Of a DNA stretch of 64,000 nt, positions 1 through 9,002 are shown in pieces. The number at the start of each line of letters is the position of its first letter. Within the stretch, counting starts at the first letter, position 1. Under the pieces are notes generated by a model. That model saw nothing but the letters and a program-made list of their open reading frames with translations. It ran no database searches and was not told the DNA's origin. Position numbers and translations under genes: made by a program. The DNA is from Nanobdellota archaeon (GTDB taxonomy: Archaea; Nanobdellota; Nanobdellia; Pacearchaeales; GW2011-AR1): assembly GCA_022561055.1 (NCBI GenBank), contig JADFRY010000002.1:54064-118063 (forward strand), written 5' to 3'.

Positions 1-2
1 CA

Positions 3-587
3 CTAGGGAGATTATCTGGATTAGATTATCTTGTTTTTGGGCCGCTATACAATGATAATATTTCTGCATCAACAATTCAAGCATTTTCTAGACAGGTTGG
101 AAACTCTGGTACAAGACAAGTGTTGGCTCCTCAAGGTTTGATTAGATATCTGAAAGGAGAAAAAATTGTATGGAGAAATCCTGAGAATGTGCGTGATTCA
201 TTACCTTATGTGGACTATGTATTATTTGACGACAGAGAATTGGAATTTGTTAGTGGAAGGGATAAAATAATAGATGGAGTGCATTGTTTACAAGGAGAAT
301 ATGGGGCAAAAAATGTTATTGTTACGCAAGGCAGACAGGGATCTCGGCTTTTTCTTAGAGATAAAACATATAGAATAAGGGCTTTTCCACCAAGAGAATT
401 AGTTGATACGACTGGAGCAGGGGATTCGTATATGGCAGGATTTCTAAAAGCTCAAGAATTATTTGAGGGCCCTCCAGAACAAGGAGAGTTTGCTGCAATG
501 ACGGCAACAATGGCTATAGAAAGAAGGGGCCCATTTAATGGAACAGTGAAAGAGGTTTTGAAAAGATTGCAGTTAGAGAAGCTATAA
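3..587 (+). CDS. PfkB-family sugar/nucleoside kinase, C-terminal part (5' end outside window)
   Basis: The reading frame is open from the window edge (no stop between 3 and the listed GTG at 120). DTTGAGDSYMAGFL matches the PfkB DTxGAGD motif. Confidence 0.7.
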   Translation, partial: LGRLSGLDYLVFGPLYNDNISASTIQAFSRQVGNSGTRQVLAPQGLIRYLKGEKIVWRNPENVRDSLPYVDYVLFDDRELEFVSGRDKIIDGVHCLQGEYGAKNVIVTQGRQGSRLFLRDKTYRIRAFPPRELVDTTGAGDSYMAGFLKAQELFEGPPEQGEFAAMTATMAIERRGPFNGTVKEVLKRLQLEKL

Positions 588-739
588 AAAGAAGGGGAGG
601 TTCTGTGAGAATTTTAACCTGCGACATTGTTCAAAGAGCGTTACCCCAATATTTAGAATATGTTCAATACCAAGCTGATATTTCTAGAAGAGTATTAGAG
701 TATGAACATAGAGGAATTTAGAATAAATCTGCTTTCCAA

Positions 740-1282
740 TTATATAAAATCACTAATTTTATGCTTTAACTCTAACCATATGAGCCAAAGAAAGAAAAGA
801 ATTGCGTCTAAGGAAGGGATAAATATTTCATTCAAAGGATAAGGTAAAAGGTTAATTAGATTTAATCCGAATTCGAAAAAGGACACTGGATAGAAAGGCA
901 TTATAAGTCCTATGAAAAGGGCATCTAATGCTAAATGTACTATATAACCTAAAGCAATCATTAGGAAAATCACATTCAATCTTAATTTATGTCTTCCAAG
1001 TTTTTTCATTCTTACATTTTGGAAGACGAAAAACATCAGTAAAAAAGCTAAAGGTATGAAAATATTGTGTGTGAATGTTCTATGAACTTCTGATATTGTG
1101 TATCCAAGAAAGTGTAAACCCCAGAAGACGACTATATCTAGGTCAGGAAGTAAACCGGCGAGTCCGGCGATTAAAACATAATGTAATGAAAAGAATCTTT
1201 TTTTCTTTTTTCCTTCATAGATGTCTTTAAACAAAGACATGATTACTAATGGTAATAAAATGTGCAATACTGCTAGTGGCAT
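740..1282 (-). CDS. membrane-bound metal-dependent hydrolase, YdjM/DUF457-like
   Basis: Polytopic hydrophobic protein with LLPDLD and His-rich HRTFTH segments typical of this family. Confidence 0.5.
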   Translation of the reverse strand: MPLAVLHILLPLVIMSLFKDIYEGKKKKRFFSLHYVLIAGLAGLLPDLDIVVFWGLHFLGYTISEVHRTFTHNIFIPLAFLLMFFVFQNVRMKKLGRHKLRLNVIFLMIALGYIVHLALDALFIGLIMPFYPVSFFEFGLNLINLLPYPLNEIFIPSLDAILFFLWLIWLELKHKISDFI

Positions 1283-1327
1283 AAATGTAATGGGAAAAAG
1301 AAGTTTATATTTTTATTCCTTAAATTT

Positions 1328-1732
1328 TTATCTATCAATTTTCGTTATTAGTTCTCTAACTTTTTTCTCAATAATATCTCGCGCTTTTATAAATTCAGAA
1401 TAGAGATATTCATCTGTTTCTTTTGCTACCACATCAGGAATATTCCATACCTCTACTTTTTTATTAATATGAAAGCTTTCCTTTAGCTCAGGATCTATTA
1501 AAATAATCAAATCTGCCTTATTAATCATTTTAGTAGTAACTTTTTTAGAAATATTTTTACTAATGTCAATACCTTTTTCTTTCATTGCTCTAACAACAAA
1601 TTTGTGCATTTTATCTTGGGATTTAATTAAAGCTGCACTTTCGGCTTTACTATTTTTTGAATATTTATTAAAAAAAGCCTCTGCCATTTGGCTTCTAAAA
1701 ACATTAGATTTACATAAAAATAATATTCCCAT
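1328..1732 (-). CDS. low-molecular-weight phosphotyrosine phosphatase / ArsC-type reductase family
   Basis: N-terminal ILFLCKSNVFRSQMAE is the CX5R(S) P-loop of the family. Size is 134 aa. Confidence 0.7.
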   Translation of the reverse strand: MGILFLCKSNVFRSQMAEAFFNKYSKNSKAESAALIKSQDKMHKFVVRAMKEKGIDISKNISKKVTTKMINKADLIILIDPELKESFHINKKVEVWNIPDVVAKETDEYLYSEFIKARDIIEKKVRELITKIDR

Positions 1733-1762
1733 GATGATAAATTTGTATTTAGGTTTATATTT

Positions 1763-2644
1763 TTATTCTCTTTTGTATTTTTTTCCTCTTATTCCCCACT
1801 GGAATCTTAACAACCAACTAAGTAATGCACGATAGCTTTCTGGTTTTGTTTCATTCTCAAATTTTCCTAATTTTAATACCTTTCCGATATCTGTAAAGAG
1901 AGCTCTTTCGCTAGATTCGTCTAGTCTCTCATTGGAAATTATATTAGACATGCCTGCGCTCTCAATCCAATGAGCATTTGAAATAGCTATCCAACACATG
2001 TCATTATCTTCTGCGAATTTTTGGGCTAAGTCATTTGCTTCCATGCTGTATTGACCTATTTTAGGGAGCCGCGATAAGCGCCTTGGTAATATCATCTGAG
2101 CATCATATCCTTCTATTGCATGAATCTGGTCTCCAAATTCCTTTAATAGCTCTTGCGCTCTTTTTAACCCAACTCCAAAATGGCTTTCTAAACCTACATT
2201 TCCGAGAAGTTGTATAAGGCCACGACGTGAAGCATAATCTATCGTGTGTTCAAAATCCTCTCCGTTGGGAACTTGATTTGAACCTATCACGACATGGGTA
2301 AATCTTTTTCCATTTTCTTTAACTATAACTGCCTGCGCATTTAGAAATTTTACTTTTCTTTGTCCTTTTTTAACAGAGATAATATTTTCTCCTACCTCTG
2401 GTTCATAATCTTCTGGAAGAGACTCGGCATAACTGGCAAGACACCCAAACCTATCTGCTGGACAAGATGGGATGAGTTTTGGGATATGAAAATCTTCGCT
2501 TGTTATTGCACATAAATCTATTCTTCTTTCTAAACAAATATCTGTATGAAGCTGCAACAGGTTTTTTCCTTTGTAGCCTTGACTTCTTAACCAATATGGA
2601 TGATACCCTATTGGTCCATGCATATGTAAGTCTATTTTTACCAT
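1763..2644 (-). CDS. putative metal-dependent phosphoesterase (PHP-like), tentative
   Basis: N-terminal KIDLHMHG metal-binding-type motif. The remainder is not recognised. Confidence 0.35.
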   Translation of the reverse strand: MVKIDLHMHGPIGYHPYWLRSQGYKGKNLLQLHTDICLERRIDLCAITSEDFHIPKLIPSCPADRFGCLASYAESLPEDYEPEVGENIISVKKGQRKVKFLNAQAVIVKENGKRFTHVVIGSNQVPNGEDFEHTIDYASRRGLIQLLGNVGLESHFGVGLKRAQELLKEFGDQIHAIEGYDAQMILPRRLSRLPKIGQYSMEANDLAQKFAEDNDMCWIAISNAHWIESAGMSNIISNERLDESSERALFTDIGKVLKLGKFENETKPESYRALLSWLLRFQWGIRGKKYKRE

Positions 2645-2682
2645 AAAAAACCAACCTATAATCAGTTTATAAATATTATGGT

Positions 2683-3216
2683 TTACCCAACCAATCCTCT
2701 TAATAAGTAACCAACAAGAAACGCTAACGTTGCAGCGATTCCTCCAATTAACAGAGTCTCAAATGCAGACTTAAAATAGTTCTTTTGTACAATCCTACCT
2801 TTGACTCCGCCAACTATCAATAATGCTATTCCTGTTAAGACGGCAGAGTAAAGAAATTTGTTCGCGTCTATAAATGGCACTGCCAACGCAAGCACAAAAG
2901 AAATCAAGGGAATAAATCCTATTATGAAAAAAGAAATAAAAGTTGCAAATGCTGTTTTTGTAGCATTGACGTTGCCATAATATCTATGTTTGTGTTTTAT
3001 ATGTAATTCTTTTTGTGATTTTGTTGATAAATAATTTGAAACAGCCATTGAGAACCCGTCTGCAAAAAGATTTGCAAATCCTAGAATTAAGACAATTGAT
3101 GAGCTTAAAGATGCACCAACTACTCCTGCAACTACTGCAAAGGTTGTTATTGCTCCGTCAATACCTCCATAGACAAATTCCGGCAGATATTTTCTTTCAA
3201 TATGTTGCTTGGGCAT
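2683..3216 (-). CDS. VIT1/CCC1-family iron/manganese transporter
   Basis: VYGGIDGAITTFAVVAGVVGA N-terminal signature followed by several TM helices. Confidence 0.7.
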   Translation of the reverse strand: MPKQHIERKYLPEFVYGGIDGAITTFAVVAGVVGASLSSSIVLILGFANLFADGFSMAVSNYLSTKSQKELHIKHKHRYYGNVNATKTAFATFISFFIIGFIPLISFVLALAVPFIDANKFLYSAVLTGIALLIVGGVKGRIVQKNYFKSAFETLLIGGIAATLAFLVGYLLRGLVG

Positions 3217-3283
3217 GTTTTATAGAATAGAAAGAGAGTTTTATAAAGGTTAATTTTAAAAACCCTCAAAAAGTAGTTTTCTT

Positions 3284-5077
3284 ATGGTAGAAGAAAAACC
3301 CAAGAATCTTGGTCTTAGCGGGCAGATATCATCTCCAACTAAGTATACTCCTCCTAGTGAGATGCCTATTCCATCTGAGGCTCTTAAAGAAACAGATAAA
3401 GTAAAGAAAGAGCTGGAAGATTTTAAGAAAAAAGTTATTAAGAAATTTCCTTTTACAATTTCTTTGAGCATTTTACCTGCTCATTCATTTAAGTTATTTG
3501 AAGAGGATGAGGGTTTGCTTCCTGAAGAAATTAAAAGAAAGCCTTTACATTTGATATTTATCATACCAGAAGATGAATTTAAAAACATCTCTAAGAAAAT
3601 AAAACCGGAGATTATAAAACTCATTCAAGAAACTAAACAGAATTTATGGGTTCATATTAAAACTCCAGTTGATGTTTGGAATTATGGGCTTGACAGCAAG
3701 TTTGAGTTTATTGATGCAATTGGAGGAAGCTTTCCTCTTTATGACAAGGGACTGTTAGGATCATTAAGGGTTGCTACAATCCATAAGTCTTTAGTTTTAA
3801 GAAAGTTTGAGAAGTATGTAGCAAGTTATATTATTGGAGGAAGTCTTGTGCGAGGGACGGCTGATAAAGACAGCGATGTTGATACTTTTATTATTATTGA
3901 TGACACTGATGTCAAAAGAATGCCACGCTTACAACTTCTTGAGAAACTTAGAGGAATTATTTATGATTATATAAGAGAAGCAACTGCTCTCTCAGGCGTG
4001 AAAAACATTCTGAATGTTCAGGTTTATCTCTTGACTGACTTCTGGGATAATGTGAAAGACGCAAATCCAGTTATGTTTACTTTTATTAGAGACGGAATTC
4101 CTATGTATGACAGGGGAACATTCTTACCTTGGAAACTTCTTCTGCAAATGGGAAAAATCAAGCCAAGCCCTGAGTCAATTGATAAATTCATGAAGTACGG
4201 AGAACAAAATGAATCTCTTGTGAATAGAAGACTAATAGATGCGATGATTGATATTTATTGGGGAGTTATCACTCCGACACAAGCTTTAATGATGCTGGCA
4301 GGACACGCTCCACCTACACCTAAAACCATTGTTCAAGATGTTAAGAAATTATTTGTTGATAAAGAAAAAATTATGGGCTTGCGGGAATTGAAAATCCTGG
4401 AGAAAGTTGTTAAACTATACAAAGACTATGAGCACGGTAAATTAAAAAGAATCCCTGGAAAAGATGTTGACCTTATATTAAAAGAAGCAAATGAATATGA
4501 TAAGAAATTAAAAGAAATAAGGAAAAAACTTGAGGGGCGCTTGATTGAACATACTGCTGAAAATCTTGACAGTGAGATTTTCGGTCTTCTGAAAACCGTT
4601 TTAGGAAACAAAGGCAAGGAAGCTCTAATCAAAGATTTTGAAAATGAATTAGTTAAAAAGGGTAAAATGCAGAAAAGATTTTTGTCTGTCTTAAGAGAAG
4701 TTGCCACAATTAAACAAAAAGTAAAATCAGGAAAAGTAAGCCAGACAGAGATGGATAATTTAAGAAGAGACGCCTCTGAATTAATTAGAGAGTTGATAGA
4801 TTACTCGCAAAGAAAAGAATTGATTGCAACAGAAAAAGGAGTTATTCAGGTTTCTTTTAGCGACAAGACGGGCGAGCTTGTTTTAACTGACTTGGGCATA
4901 TTCTTTATTGAAGCAGGAAGAATTATGAAAGTTGGCAAGAGCAGATTTGATATTTCTAACAGAAAAGAATTAGAAGAAGCAATATCAGAGACAAAAGACA
5001 GAGTGAAATTGAAACTCAATTCTAATGTTTTTGAAGTTTTGAAGAAAGAGTTAGGAGAGTTTAGTTTGAGTGTTTAG
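3284..5077 (+). CDS. nucleotidyltransferase-domain protein with long helical C-terminal region (paralog of 12158..13147)
   Basis: GGSLVRGTADKDSDVDTFIIIDD is the minimal NTase GS...DxD motif. It shares the GKIKPSPE and HAPPTP motifs with the 12158..13147 protein. Confidence 0.6.
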   Translation: MVEEKPKNLGLSGQISSPTKYTPPSEMPIPSEALKETDKVKKELEDFKKKVIKKFPFTISLSILPAHSFKLFEEDEGLLPEEIKRKPLHLIFIIPEDEFKNISKKIKPEIIKLIQETKQNLWVHIKTPVDVWNYGLDSKFEFIDAIGGSFPLYDKGLLGSLRVATIHKSLVLRKFEKYVASYIIGGSLVRGTADKDSDVDTFIIIDDTDVKRMPRLQLLEKLRGIIYDYIREATALSGVKNILNVQVYLLTDFWDNVKDANPVMFTFIRDGIPMYDRGTFLPWKLLLQMGKIKPSPESIDKFMKYGEQNESLVNRRLIDAMIDIYWGVITPTQALMMLAGHAPPTPKTIVQDVKKLFVDKEKIMGLRELKILEKVVKLYKDYEHGKLKRIPGKDVDLILKEANEYDKKLKEIRKKLEGRLIEHTAENLDSEIFGLLKTVLGNKGKEALIKDFENELVKKGKMQKRFLSVLREVATIKQKVKSGKVSQTEMDNLRRDASELIRELIDYSQRKELIATEKGVIQVSFSDKTGELVLTDLGIFFIEAGRIMKVGKSRFDISNRKELEEAISETKDRVKLKLNSNVFEVLKKELGEFSLSV

Positions 5078-5093
5078 AGAATAGCGTGTAAAA

Positions 5094-5423
5094 ATGAATG
5101 ATCTTTATATTATTGCGAATGATTTTAGCAATCAAGTAGATATTGGGTATGATATTAGAGTTATTATTTATACTCTTGCGTTGTTTTCAGTCCCTATTGT
5201 TTCTTATCTTGGATTTAAAGCATATAAAGAGGAAAAAAGAAAAAATCTAAAACATCTTAAATTTCTGGCAGATAGTGCAATTGAGAGGGTTAGACGAAAT
5301 TATGTTGTAGATGGAGATATTAGAATTATCGACAGAGCTATACGCAAAAGAGTTATAGATGAAGAGGAATATAATCTAGCTCTCATGGAACAAAGAGGAA
5401 AAAGGCTTTTGTTTGATTATTAA
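5094..5423 (+). CDS. small membrane-anchored hypothetical protein
   Basis: ORF with one hydrophobic segment (IIYTLALFSVPIVSYLGF) and a charged tail. It is followed by a hairpin plus T-run. Confidence 0.4.
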   Translation: MNDLYIIANDFSNQVDIGYDIRVIIYTLALFSVPIVSYLGFKAYKEEKRKNLKHLKFLADSAIERVRRNYVVDGDIRIIDRAIRKRVIDEEEYNLALMEQRGKRLLFDY

Positions 5424-5434
5424 ATCTTTTGTTT

Positions 5435-5457
5435 AAAAATCCTGTAAGGATTTTTTT
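5435..5457 (+). terminator. hairpin plus oligo-T after 5094..5423
   Basis: aaaaatcc / tgtaa / ggattttt stem-loop running into a T7 tract. Confidence 0.45.
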
Positions 5458-5557
5458 GTTTAAACCCTGATAAGCTCAAGAACCAGTATGAATGATAAGG
5501 ATCGAAACATCAAATTCTAGATAATTTGTTACCTTTCTTAAATTACTACATTAGAAA

Positions 5558-5569
5558 GATTTATATATT
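5558..5569 (+). promoter_or_regulatory. TATA box (gatttatatatt)
   Basis: The centre of the tttatata 8-mer lies 25.5 nt upstream of ATG 5589. The same spacing recurs at many genes in this window. Confidence 0.5.
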
Positions 5570-5588
5570 TGTCAAGGCATGATTTTTC

Positions 5589-6032
5589 ATGGTAAAATAT
5601 GACCCTTTATCTGGTTATTCTACGGATGCTATTGAAGCAGAACTTGATAGAAGAAAATCAGTATATGCAGAATCACCGCGCGTTTTGGGTGATGCTGCGA
5701 AGGTAATTCTTTCTTATAATGATTCTAGGTCAGCAAAAAGCTTACACGAGCTAGCTGAACATTTAGAAAGGCTTTCTGGAGCAGAAAATATTGGAGCCCT
5801 TATAAAAAAAGTAAATAATAGGCTTGATCAATTTGAATTGACTAGTAACAGGGCTGGAAGTGGCAAAGGAAGGTCTAGGAAAAAACAATACGATGATCCT
5901 TTCGGTGAACTTGTTAAGAGAATGGAAAAAAGCCCTAACGCAGACCCGGGTAAAATCCTTGATAGAATGAGAATAACTGGAAGACAAAGAGGAGGTATTC
6001 TATCTTCTTATGCTAGATATTACTCAAAATAG
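5589..6032 (+). CDS. hypothetical protein
   Basis: ORF with a well-placed TATA box. No family recognised. Confidence 0.4.
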   Translation: MVKYDPLSGYSTDAIEAELDRRKSVYAESPRVLGDAAKVILSYNDSRSAKSLHELAEHLERLSGAENIGALIKKVNNRLDQFELTSNRAGSGKGRSRKKQYDDPFGELVKRMEKSPNADPGKILDRMRITGRQRGGILSSYARYYSK

Positions 6033-6074
6033 ACTTTCCTAAACTTTAAAAATCTAGATTGGAATAACTTATTC

Positions 6075-6338
6075 TCATATATCTCCATTCTCTTCTTTCT
6101 TTTTATCTTCGTAAGGGGAAACTTGCATTCTGTAAAATTCCTGTTTAATACACTCTAACAATCCGACAGCTTTGTTGTAATTGTGATAAGACGGTTTATA
6201 AGTTTCCTTGAGCAACTTGCTTATGAGATAGTTCAGCTCGCCTTCAAGTTTGTCCTCTGGAATGTCCTTTATCAATTCTTTTATTTTAGACAAGGTTTCA
6301 TCCCATTTTCCTCTCTCTTCCTTTTGTATGTAAGGCAT
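6075..6338 (-). CDS. small conserved-looking hypothetical protein
   Basis: 87-aa ORF with GELNYLISKLL ... EFYRMQVSPYEDKKKEENGD. The motif pattern resembles small proteins seen in phage/prokaryote genomes. Function unknown. Confidence 0.4.
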   Translation of the reverse strand: MPYIQKEERGKWDETLSKIKELIKDIPEDKLEGELNYLISKLLKETYKPSYHNYNKAVGLLECIKQEFYRMQVSPYEDKKKEENGDI

Positions 6339-6389
6339 TAATATTATCAGAAATATAATGTTATAAAGTTTACTATATCAAAAGCTGAA

Positions 6390-6400
6390 GATTTAAAAAG
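6390..6400 (+). promoter_or_regulatory. TATA box (gatttaaaaag)
   Basis: The 8-mer centre lies 25.5 nt upstream of ATG 6421. Confidence 0.5.
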
Positions 6401-6420
6401 CTAATTTTCTAAAAGAACTT

Positions 6421-6780
6421 ATGGTTAAAGGAATAGTCGTTCAATTCAGACGTGGTAGACACAGAATTCATGAAAAGCATTATTTACTAGACTTAAATCT
6501 GGGAAGTCGGGATGACGCCAAGAAAATGGCTGGAAAAGAAGTTGAATGGAAAAGCCCTTCAGGCAAAATAATTAAAGGAAAGATTTCAGACGCTCATGGT
6601 AACAATGGTTTAGTTAGAGCAATTTTTGAAAAGGGTTTGCCAGGACAAGCAATGACAACTGAGATTGAGGTTAAAGGAGAAACTCCAAAGCCGGTAGAGA
6701 AAACAGAAAAGCCAGCTGAGAAGAAAGATGAAAAGAAAGAAGTTAAGGAGAAGAAAGATGAGACTAGCAACAAAGAGTGA
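6421..6780 (+). CDS. rpl35ae: ribosomal protein L35Ae with Lys/Glu-rich C-terminal extension
   Basis: VEWKSPSGKIIKGKISDAHGNNGLVRAIFEKGLPGQAM matches the archaeal L35Ae core. About 40 extra K/E-rich residues follow. Confidence 0.75.
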   Translation: MVKGIVVQFRRGRHRIHEKHYLLDLNLGSRDDAKKMAGKEVEWKSPSGKIIKGKISDAHGNNGLVRAIFEKGLPGQAMTTEIEVKGETPKPVEKTEKPAEKKDEKKEVKEKKDETSNKE

Positions 6781-7057
6781 AATGACATCCCAGGGCGCCC
6801 TAGCAATCCTTGTTAATTTGGATAGATATGTTGGAGGAGAACTAGTTCGAAGTGATGAAATTTCATTTTGGAGACTTGATAGAAATAAGGTATATTCCAT
6901 GGTGGGATTATTAGACGATGGGATTGGTGGCAGACGCATCATTATACATGGTTATGGGAAACCAAACGAGATTGGTGGCCTTGTCAAGGAAGCTAAAGTA
7001 ATTGGATGCAGTATACATGTTCAAGATCGTGGTTATGATAGGAGAAGAAATAGATAA
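6758..7057 (+). CDS. hypothetical protein in r-protein operon (alternative start 6728)
   Basis: The ORF overlaps the L35Ae tail and ends in a TAATG overlap with the next ORF. Confidence 0.4.
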   Translation: MRLATKSEMTSQGALAILVNLDRYVGGELVRSDEISFWRLDRNKVYSMVGLLDDGIGGRRIIIHGYGKPNEIGGLVKEAKVIGCSIHVQDRGYDRRRNR

Positions 7058-7347
7058 TGGAAACGGCAACACGGACTGAAAGAATAACTGTTTATTTCTC
7101 GGCAAGTTTTAAGTCCTGTTCTGATTTAAAACTAATAGAATTTACTAAAATACGTAAGGATGTAGATTACAATATCAGAATTATTAACTCTGATGACTCA
7201 ACAGTTGTTAGTCGTAATGGTCTAGATAGAGATGAGTTAAAAGGGATAGTTTCATCTTGGAGACTAACACCAGAAATGAGAGGTGCACAGTTTTATGTTG
7301 ATCATCCGGATAATAATGTATCTGCAAAACGTGAGGGAAGGTTATAA
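7057..7347 (+). CDS. hypothetical protein in r-protein operon
   Basis: Bounded on both sides by 1-nt TAATG stop/start overlaps (7055-7059 and 7345-7349). Confidence 0.4.
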   Translation: METATRTERITVYFSASFKSCSDLKLIEFTKIRKDVDYNIRIINSDDSTVVSRNGLDRDELKGIVSSWRLTPEMRGAQFYVDHPDNNVSAKREGRL

Positions 7348-7886
7348 TGGCATCATTAAGAAAGGCATCAGCATATTCTAAGAAGAAGGCCAGGCCTTAT
7401 ACTCGGAAGTCCAAGAAGAAGTCAAAGTCTTACATTAAAGTTATCCCGCAAAATAAAATTGTCAAATATAATTTAGGAAATATAAAATCTTATCAAGAAG
7501 GAAAATTCAAGTATGTTGTTAGATTTATCGCGAATGAGAAAGTGCAGATTAGGGACAACGCTATTGAGGCATGCAGACAACTTTTAAACAAAACACTCGA
7601 AAGAAAAATTCCAAATCAATATTATTTTGGAATTAAAGTCTTTCCTCATCATATTTTAAGAAACAATAAAACTGCTGCCGGCGCAGGAGCTGACAGACTT
7701 TCTAGCGGAATGAAACATTCTTTCGGAATTATTGAAGGCCGCGCCGCTATAGTTAAACCAGGCAAAGAAATCTTTATTGTTGCTTGTGAAACAGAACAAG
7801 GCGCTCGTATTGCGCGACAAGCCATGACAATGATAAAGTCTAAGGTTCCATGTAAAAGCATAATAAGATTCCAAAAAATTCCTTAA
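7347..7886 (+). CDS. rpl10e: ribosomal protein L10e (uL16)
   Basis: MASLRKASAYSKKKARPYTRKS... and GADRLSSGMKHSFG are typical of archaeal L10e/L16. Confidence 0.85.
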   Translation: MASLRKASAYSKKKARPYTRKSKKKSKSYIKVIPQNKIVKYNLGNIKSYQEGKFKYVVRFIANEKVQIRDNAIEACRQLLNKTLERKIPNQYYFGIKVFPHHILRNNKTAAGAGADRLSSGMKHSFGIIEGRAAIVKPGKEIFIVACETEQGARIARQAMTMIKSKVPCKSIIRFQKIP

Positions 7887-7933
7887 AAGGAATTTTTGGG
7901 CGTTCAAGAATTCTAGTTAAAGAATTCTTGACG
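7871..7933. repeat. two adjacent hairpin modules, related to modules of the 17.3 kb and 61.6 kb elements
   Basis: ccaaaaaattcc/ttaaaa/ggaatttttgg is followed by cgttcaagaattct/agttaa/agaattcttgacg. The site lies between convergent genes. Confidence 0.55.
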
Positions 7934-7979
7934 TGAGAAAGTTGAGTGATTCTTCTTTTTTAGTGTTAATATAACAACC

Positions 7980-8483
7980 TTATTGTTCTTCTAAAACTCT
8001 AACGCCATTATCTAGTGTGTTTCTTTCGAAATATTCAGCATCTGTGTTTATGCCTGTAAAAAGTTTGCCGGAAGGGTGTGGTTTTTCCATAACAGCGTTA
8101 AGTGTATTAGCATACTCTCCTCCACCTAATGGAATTTCTCTAAAAATTACAACTCTCACGTCATCATCATATCCAGTCCTGTGAGAGTCTGCTCCTCTAG
8201 CTTCTCTAACAGCTTCTCTTCTGCTTCTTTCTTCAAGTTGGTCTGAAGCTCCTCTAATTCTGTCCTGGAGTTCTTCTTTCTTTAGGTAATTCCTTAAAGT
8301 TGATTTGTGGTATATTCTTCCAAGAGCCCTATTCACATTAGCACCGAACTCTTTATTTCCATATCTAAGAGCTGCTTCTGTTAAAAGCCTTGGATGTCTC
8401 TCAGCCTCTTCATAAATAAGGCCCCCGCTAGCAGAATCATATACTTTTCTTGCTGCTCTTTCAATTAATCCTTCTGATACCAT
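7980..8483 (-). CDS. hypothetical protein
   Basis: 167-aa ORF, visibly more GC-rich than its surroundings. No family recognised. Confidence 0.4.
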   Translation of the reverse strand: MVSEGLIERAARKVYDSASGGLIYEEAERHPRLLTEAALRYGNKEFGANVNRALGRIYHKSTLRNYLKKEELQDRIRGASDQLEERSRREAVREARGADSHRTGYDDDVRVVIFREIPLGGGEYANTLNAVMEKPHPSGKLFTGINTDAEYFERNTLDNGVRVLEEQ

Positions 8484-8607
8484 TTTGTTAATCTAATAAA
8501 TAATTTTAAGGTTATAAACCTTTCTATTGTTATTATTTCTTAGTAGTTACATAATCGAAGGGTTTAAATACCCTCTGAGTAAATTATTACTATATAGTGA
8601 TAATAAA

Positions 8608-8922
8608 ATGAGATTCGGAAGATGCATGTCGAAGGAGGAAGCAAAGCGAATGAAGAGAACTGGAGTATTAGGTGACCCCAGCGGTGATCTTGTTCCGGTT
8701 TTTGATAGCCCTGGGTCTGTAGAACAGAGAATTTATGGTATGGGTAAAGAGGCTCTAAGAAACATGTTCCGTGGTTTAGGAGTAAGAGATCCTTATTCTG
8801 TCGCCTTTTTTGAAACTGGCGAACCAGCTGTTGGCCCTATACCTCAAAGGGCCGGTGGTTTAAGGGAATATAAGTTGGAACCAGGAACACCTATAAGGGT
8901 TTGTTCAACTAAAAGAGTTTAA
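8608..8922 (+). CDS. hypothetical protein (start uncertain: 8527/8608/8626)
   Basis: ORF. MSKEEAKRMKRTGVLGD...VPVF...YSVAFFE...GGLREYKLEPGTPIRV loosely resembles small toxin-type C-terminal domains. This is unverified. Confidence 0.35.
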   Translation: MRFGRCMSKEEAKRMKRTGVLGDPSGDLVPVFDSPGSVEQRIYGMGKEALRNMFRGLGVRDPYSVAFFETGEPAVGPIPQRAGGLREYKLEPGTPIRVCSTKRV

Positions 8923-9002
8923 ATTTATTTTTATACCAAGATTGCTAATTACTCATAGAACAATAGAACAATATTTATTAACTCTATCCTCTTTTTTATT
9001 TC

